Source: Nitrosomonas europaea
Lineage (GTDB): Bacteria > Pseudomonadota > Gammaproteobacteria > Burkholderiales > Nitrosomonadaceae
Reading direction: 5' to 3'
DNA: 32,000 nucleotides
Assembly (NCBI RefSeq): GCF_900167395.1
Contig: NZ_FUWK01000009.1
Span: forward strand, 30,001 to 62,000
Shown: piece by piece, positions 27,487-32,000 of the stretch
Numbering within the stretch: position 1 is the first letter of the stretch
Layout: every line of letters begins with the position of its first letter
Notes under the pieces: model-generated
Told to the model about the DNA's origin: nothing
The model's database searches: none
Seen by the model: the letters and a program-made list of their open reading frames with translations, nothing else
Made by a program: the position numbers and the translations under genes

Positions 27487-29191
27487 AGCCCAACCCCGCC
27501 AAATTCTTCCTGATCTCCGTCTCCAGCCTCGCACTCTCCGCGAACTGTTCCGCCAGTTGCGCGGTCAGGCGCTGCATCTTGTCGGCAAAAGGTTCTCCGT
27601 CTTCTTCCTGCTCAGCCGTGCCCACATAGCGCCCCGGTGTTAGCACATGCTCATGCTTGCGCACTTCCTCCAGTGAGGCGGATTTGCAGAAGCCGGGGAC
27701 ATCCTCGTACCCATCGCCCTGCTGCCAGGCATGGAAGGTGTCGGCGATTTTCTGGATGTCGTCCACTGTGAAATCGCGCAGCACGCGATCCTTCATATAG
27801 CCCATCTGACGGGCGTCGATGAACAGAAATTCGCCGCGCCGGTCGCGCTTCTTCTTGTCCAGCGCAAAGCCGTTCTGCTTGTCGCGGGTCAGGAACCAGA
27901 TGCAGGCCGGAATCTGGGTGTTGGTGAACAACTGGCCGGGCAGCGCGACCATGCACTCCACGTAGTCGTCCTCGGTCAGCCGCTTGCGGATTTCACCTTC
28001 GCTGTTGGTGTTGCTGCTCATGGAGCCGTTGGCCAGCAGCAGTGCCATGCTGCCGGTGGGCGCCAGGTGCCAGAGCATGTGCTGCAACCAGGCGAAGTTG
28101 GCGTTGCCTTGCGGTGGTGTACCGGCGATCCAGCGCGGGTCGTTGGCCAGCTTTTCGTTCCACCATTCCTTCATGTTGAAGGGCGGGTTGGCCATCACGA
28201 AGTCGGCGCGCAGGTCCGGGTGCAGGTCGTTGAGCAGGGTGTCGGCCGGGCCGCTGCCGAAGTTGAAGTCGATTCCACGGATAGCCATGTTCATCGCAGC
28301 CAGCCGCCAGGTGGTGGGGTTGCTTTCCTGCCCGTAAACGCTGATCTGCCCACTCTTGCCGTTGGCCGCTTTGCCGCCGTGCTGTCCGATGAACTCCTCG
28401 CTCTGCACGAAGAAACCGCCGGAGCCCATGGCCGGGTCATACACGCGGCCCTTGAAGGGCTGGAGCATTTCAACGATCAGGGTGACGATGCTCTTGGGCG
28501 TGTAGTACTGCCCGCCCTTCTTGCCTTCGGCCAGGGCGAACTGGCCGAGGAAGTATTCGTAGACGTGGCCGAGGATGTCCCTGGATTGCAGGCTGAGCGG
28601 CTGGCCCTTGTAGGTCTTGGCCGCGAAGTCGGTATCAGAGAACAGGGCGATGAGTTCGCCCAGCTTGCTGGAGTCGAGCTGCACGCGGGCGAAGTCCTTG
28701 TTTAGCACGTTCTTCAGCCGGATATTCTCCCGTTCGATAGCTTCCATGGCGTTGTCGATCAGCCAGCCGACCGAACGCATTTCCTCGGGTTCGTCCTTGC
28801 CGGGTTTGTTCCAGGGCAGCGCCGCCTTGGGTGGCAGTTGCGCGCAATCGCGCAGGGTTTGCCAGCGGGCTTCCACAGGGACCCAGAACACGTTCTTCTC
28901 AGTGTAGTAGTCGCGGACTTCGAGCTCGGCGGCGATGTTGTCCTCATACTCCGGCGTGCCCGCGCCGCCGTATTCTTCCGGATCCATGTAGTAGTCGTGC
29001 TGAGGGTTGGTGAACTGTTCGCGCAGTTCCCGCTGCCGCTCCTCGAAGGCATCGGATACATACTTGAGGAAGATCAGCCCGAGCACGACATGCTTGTACA
29101 CGGCGGCGTCGAGGTTGGAGCGCAGCTTGTCGGCGGCGGTCCAGAGCTTCTTTTCCAGATCGTTGAAGAACTGTTGTTCTATGGGTTTCAT
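27476..29191 (-). CDS. hsdM: type I R-M N6-adenine DNA methyltransferase subunit (HsdM, 571 aa)
   Basis: Has the HsdM N-terminal domain ([35 protein letters not shown]), SAM motif I ([13 protein letters not shown]) and catalytic motif IV (MANPPFN). No canonical SD precedes the ATG. Confidence 0.95.
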   Translation of the reverse strand: MKPIEQQFFNDLEKKLWTAADKLRSNLDAAVYKHVVLGLIFLKYVSDAFEERQRELREQFTNPQHDYYMDPEEYGGAGTPEYEDNIAAELEVRDYYTEKNVFWVPVEARWQTLRDCAQLPPKAALPWNKPGKDEPEEMRSVGWLIDNAMEAIERENIRLKNVLNKDFARVQLDSSKLGELIALFSDTDFAAKTYKGQPLSLQSRDILGHVYEYFLGQFALAEGKKGGQYYTPKSIVTLIVEMLQPFKGRVYDPAMGSGGFFVQSEEFIGQHGGKAANGKSGQISVYGQESNPTTWRLAAMNMAIRGIDFNFGSGPADTLLNDLHPDLRADFVMANPPFNMKEWWNEKLANDPRWIAGTPPQGNANFAWLQHMLWHLAPTGSMALLLANGSMSSNTNSEGEIRKRLTEDDYVECMVALPGQLFTNTQIPACIWFLTRDKQNGFALDKKKRDRRGEFLFIDARQMGYMKDRVLRDFTVDDIQKIADTFHAWQQGDGYEDVPGFCKSASLEEVRKHEHVLTPGRYVGTAEQEEDGEPFADKMQRLTAQLAEQFAESARLETEIRKNLAGLGYGW

Positions 29192-29352
29192 ATCAGGAGA
29201 ATGATGAATTTATGCAGTTTGAATGAGGCGGTGGCTATCATTAACCTTATCACATGAGCCTGATTTCATATTTTTCTTTATGCCAGTAATTTTCCTGCTT
29301 CTTATCCGATTGATCCGGATTCGAGGCACTTCGATACCGCCAGGAAGGCTTG

Positions 29353-30735
29353 TTATTTTCCGATGCAGAAACTGGAAAAAATCTCGCCCAGCAGATCATC
29401 GCTGGTAAATTCACCGGTGATGGAGGATAGGGCTTGTTGCGCGAGGCGTAATTCTTCGGCCAGTATTTCCAGCTGATCTGCACGATGCAGCCAGGCGGCT
29501 GCTCTTTCCAGCAGTTCTTTTGCCTGTATCAATGCTTGCAGATGGCGCTGGCGAGCCATGTAGGCGCCTTCTCCGGCAATGTTGGCCTGCCAGCCGGCAG
29601 TTTTGAGCAGTGCAGCCCGTAGCAGTTCTATTCCTTCCCCATTTATGGCTGAAAGGTAAATGGTTGGCCCGGATGTGTTTTCTTCCAGGCGAGGAGGCTG
29701 AGCTGACAGATCGATTTTGTTGTGGACGGTCAGTACCGGCAACCGTTCCGGCAGGCGCGTCAGCACTGAGCGATCTTCTTCTGTTACACCGTGGCGGCTG
29801 TCCACCAGTAACAATACCAGATCAGCCTGTTCGATTGCGGCGTAGGTGCGGGCAATTCCGTGTTGCTCAACAATGTCGCTGGTTTCTCTCAGCCCTGCGG
29901 TATCAATCAGATGCAGTGGAATTCCTTCGATTTCGATCGATTGCCGGACAGTGTCTCTTGTCGTACCAGGAATATCAGTGACAATGGCAACCTCGTCTCC
30001 GGCAAGACGGTTGAGCAGGCTGGATTTGCCTACGTTGGGCTGACCAGCCAGTACGACTTTGATACCTTCCTGCAGCAGATTGCCCTGGCGAGATGCAACC
30101 AGTACCTGTTCCAGTTTGGCTCGGATCGTCGCCAGTTGTTCTGCGGCATGGGCTGACTGGAGAAAGTCGATTTCTTCTTCCGGAAAATCGAGTGTTGCTT
30201 CGACCAGTACACGCAGATCGATTAGTGCACTGACGAGCTGGTGAATCGTTGATGAGAATTCTCCGTGCAACGAGCGTACTGCACAGCGCGCGGCATTGGC
30301 AGTGCTGGCTGCGATCAGATCTGCGACGCCTTCGGCCTGTGCGAGATCGAGTTTATCGTTGAGGAAGGCCCGTAGTGTAAATTCACCCGGTTCCGCCAGG
30401 CGGGCACCCAGTTGAAGGCAGCGATCCAGTAGCAGATTCATGACGGCGGGGCCGCCATGCCCTTGCAGTTCCAGCACCTCTTCGCCGGTGTAGGAATGGG
30501 GAGAAGGAAAGTAAAGTGCGATTCCCTGATCGATGATCTGACTATTCTGATCAAGGAAGCTGAATAACCCGGCATGACGCGGATCAGGAAGCTTGCCCAG
30601 GATTCCCCGGGCAAGCGATTCCAGATTTGTTCCGGAAATCCGGACTATACCTATGCCGCCACGACCGGGGGGCGTGGCAATTGCTGCGATGGTGTCATTA
30701 CTTGTCACCAGAGAGGGCAGGGCTTTTTGATCCAA
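29353..30735 (-). CDS. mnmE: tRNA uridine-5-carboxymethylaminomethyl(34) synthesis GTPase MnmE
   Basis: Motifs seen: [23 protein letters not shown]1 ([12 protein letters not shown]), G3 (DTAGLR), G4 (NKIDL) and the C-terminal FCIGK. There is no ATG near the N-terminus. The track start at 30735 is a TTG. A GVG at 30708 giving (M)[14 protein letters not shown] would match the E. coli N-terminal spacing better. Confidence 0.93.
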   Translation of the reverse strand: MDQKALPSLVTSNDTIAAIATPPGRGGIGIVRISGTNLESLARGILGKLPDPRHAGLFSFLDQNSQIIDQGIALYFPSPHSYTGEEVLELQGHGGPAVMNLLLDRCLQLGARLAEPGEFTLRAFLNDKLDLAQAEGVADLIAASTANAARCAVRSLHGEFSSTIHQLVSALIDLRVLVEATLDFPEEEIDFLQSAHAAEQLATIRAKLEQVLVASRQGNLLQEGIKVVLAGQPNVGKSSLLNRLAGDEVAIVTDIPGTTRDTVRQSIEIEGIPLHLIDTAGLRETSDIVEQHGIARTYAAIEQADLVLLLVDSRHGVTEEDRSVLTRLPERLPVLTVHNKIDLSAQPPRLEENTSGPTIYLSAINGEGIELLRAALLKTAGWQANIAGEGAYMARQRHLQALIQAKELLERAAAWLHRADQLEILAEELRLAQQALSSITGEFTSDDLLGEIFSSFCIGK

Positions 30736-30766
30736 AAGGACAAAGAGCGATTAAAGCGATAAATAT

Positions 30767-32000
30767 CTATTTCTTTCTCGTTCTTTTGTACATTTTCCTT
30801 GGATTATTGGCAGGAGTTTGAGGCTGTTTAGGGCTATCAGCCGGACTGTTGGCAGTTGTTTCAGGATTTTCTGAACTATTTACCTGTTTACTGACGGGTG
30901 GTTCAGGCGTGTCCTTGCTGGGGGCAGTCCCGTACATTTTTGTAATCTTCCATTGCTGTGCAATCGACAGAATATTGTTGACCAGCGAATACAGAACCAG
31001 GCCGGCCGGGAAGAAGAAGAAAATGGCGCTGAAGGCAACAGGCATAATTTGCATTATTTTTGCCTGGAGCGGATCTGTCGGCGTCGGGTTAAGCTTGGTC
31101 TGCACAAACATGGAAATACCCATCAGCAGCGGCAGCATGTAGAAGGGATCTGGAGAGGATAAGTCATCGATCCAGAGCGCCAAAGGAGCATAACGCAGCT
31201 CTACTGCTGCAAGAATAGTCCAGTACAGAGCGATGAAAACCGGAATTTGCACCAATATAGGAAAACATCCTCCCATCGGGTTGATTTTTTCCTCTTTGTA
31301 GAATTCCATCATGGCCTGGTGCATACGCTGCCGATCACCTTTATATTGATCCTGAATACGCTTCAGTTTGGGTGTTACCAGGCGCAACTTGGCCATGGAT
31401 CGATAGCCGGCTGCAGATAGCGGGAAGAACAGAAGTTTGACGGTCATTGTCAACAGGATGATTGCCACCCCCCAATTGTCCGTCCATGAATGATAGAACG
31501 ATAGCAGGCGGAATAACGGTTTGGCGATCACTGTCAGCCAGCCGTAATCAACTGTGAGATCCAGACCGGGAGCCAGTCCTTCCAGATTATCCTGCTCTTC
31601 GGGGCCCGCGTAAAATGGCATGGTGGTGGCTGCAATTTCACCAGGCGCGATGACACCAGCGGGTACAATCACCCCGGCACTGTAGAGATTGTCACTCTGC
31701 CGTTTGGCAAAAAATTCACGTGGTGTCTGCTGTTGTGGCAGCCAGGCAGTCAGGAAATAATGTTCCAGCATGGCAATCCAGCCATTGTTCGCATTGGCCG
31801 GATAATCTGCCTTGTTCTTGTCCAGATCGGAAAAAGGAATTTTCTGGTATTTACCTTCCTCAGTGTAAACGGCTGCCCCCAGGAATGTGGGGATCATCAT
31901 GGTCTTGGCGGGTGGCGGATTACCGTCACGCAGCATCTGGAAATAGGCAAACGGGCGAACTGTGGCGTCACCTTTGTTTTCCACTTCGAAACCGACATCG
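30767..32000 (-). CDS. yidC: membrane protein insertase YidC (5'-truncated by the window edge)
   Basis: Shows the conserved 60-kDa insertase core (PLFRLLSFYHSWTDNWGVAIILLTMTVKLLFFPLS...INPMGGCFPILVQIPVFIALYW). The frame is still open at position 32000. There is a long Pro/Ser/Thr/Asn-rich C-terminal tail ending in KMYKRTRKK. Confidence 0.93.
   Translation of the reverse strand, partial: DVGFEVENKGDATVRPFAYFQMLRDGNPPPAKTMMIPTFLGAAVYTEEGKYQKIPFSDLDKNKADYPANANNGWIAMLEHYFLTAWLPQQQTPREFFAKRQSDNLYSAGVIVPAGVIAPGEIAATTMPFYAGPEEQDNLEGLAPGLDLTVDYGWLTVIAKPLFRLLSFYHSWTDNWGVAIILLTMTVKLLFFPLSAAGYRSMAKLRLVTPKLKRIQDQYKGDRQRMHQAMMEFYKEEKINPMGGCFPILVQIPVFIALYWTILAAVELRYAPLALWIDDLSSPDPFYMLPLLMGISMFVQTKLNPTPTDPLQAKIMQIMPVAFSAIFFFFPAGLVLYSLVNNILSIAQQWKITKMYGTAPSKDTPEPPVSKQVNSSENPETTANSPADSPKQPQTPANNPRKMYKRTRKK

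Larger units (their letters stand above)
21480..29200. other. compositionally foreign GC-rich segment that coincides with a four-gene type I R-M operon; probably a horizontally acquired defence islet, with no mobility genes seen
   Basis: Hand counts of single 60-nt lines. Inside the segment: 23521-23580 = 40/60 G+C and 28201-28260 = 45/60. In flanking genes: 20581-20640 = 33/60 and 29461-29520 = 32/60. The antisense strand carries very long stop-free shadow ORFs only within this segment. The boundaries fall within about 130-160 bp of the operon ends. Confidence 0.6.

Noticed and set aside
21888-28705. Very long plus-strand ORFs across the R-M island (21888..23012 374 aa, 23307..24677 456 aa, 25373..26419 348 aa, 27731..28705 324 aa), plus minus-strand off-frame ORFs (22255..23031, 24975..25565)
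   Set aside because: They lie antisense to, or out of frame with, genes carrying unmistakable HsdR/HsdM/HsdS/AlbA_2 motifs. Their products are Arg/Gly/Ala/His/Gln-rich low-complexity strings. These are the typical stop-free shadow frames of GC-rich DNA.
29192-29352. Search for an hsdM promoter or SD and for a small plus-strand ORF (AGGAGA-ATGATGAATTTATGC..., 18 codons)
   Set aside because: No convincing -35/-10 pair was found. The mini-ORF is the tail of an antisense shadow frame and has no support beyond an SD-like word.

Overview
This 32-kb window looks like a moderate-GC Gram-negative (proteobacterial-type) chromosome. All domain calls come from reading motifs by eye; no searches were run.

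Gene order, left to right:
- spoT (-) and tRNA-Leu(CAA) (+)
- an orphan small membrane ORF (+)
- a GlpD-like FAD dehydrogenase and a glycerophosphodiester phosphodiesterase (-)
- an unknown ORF with a signal peptide and C-terminal anchor, followed by a CzcCBA-type RND efflux operon (+)
- an ABC exporter (-)
- a PEP-CTERM/exosortase-associated block: S1 serine protease, EPS priming sugar transferase, sensor kinase PrsK (all -)
- tRNA-Val(CAC) (-), sdaA (+), an EamA/DMT transporter (+)
- a GC-rich, compositionally foreign ~7.7-kb type I R-M operon, hsdM-hsdS-X-hsdR (-)
- the conserved mnmE-yidC pair (-), directly adjacent to the R-M operon

The best candidate for an undescribed system is gene X (24656..26149). 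It reads as a Schlafen/AlbA_2 + HATPase_c_4 + winged-helix protein (COG2865 type). It is translationally coupled on both sides inside the R-M operon and sits in the slot that the anticodon nuclease PrrC occupies in the E. coli prr locus.

Secondary observations:
- The EPS priming glycosyltransferase changes reading frame at an A7/T7 run.
- PrsK has no PrsR partner in this window.
- hsdS has mosaic base composition across its target-recognition domains.
- An in-frame 12-bp tandem repeat lies in the linker of X.
- A sorting-signal-like C-terminal tail occurs on the unknown ORF upstream of the czc operon.
- The RND pump has a CusA-like rather than CzcA-like TMH IV motif.
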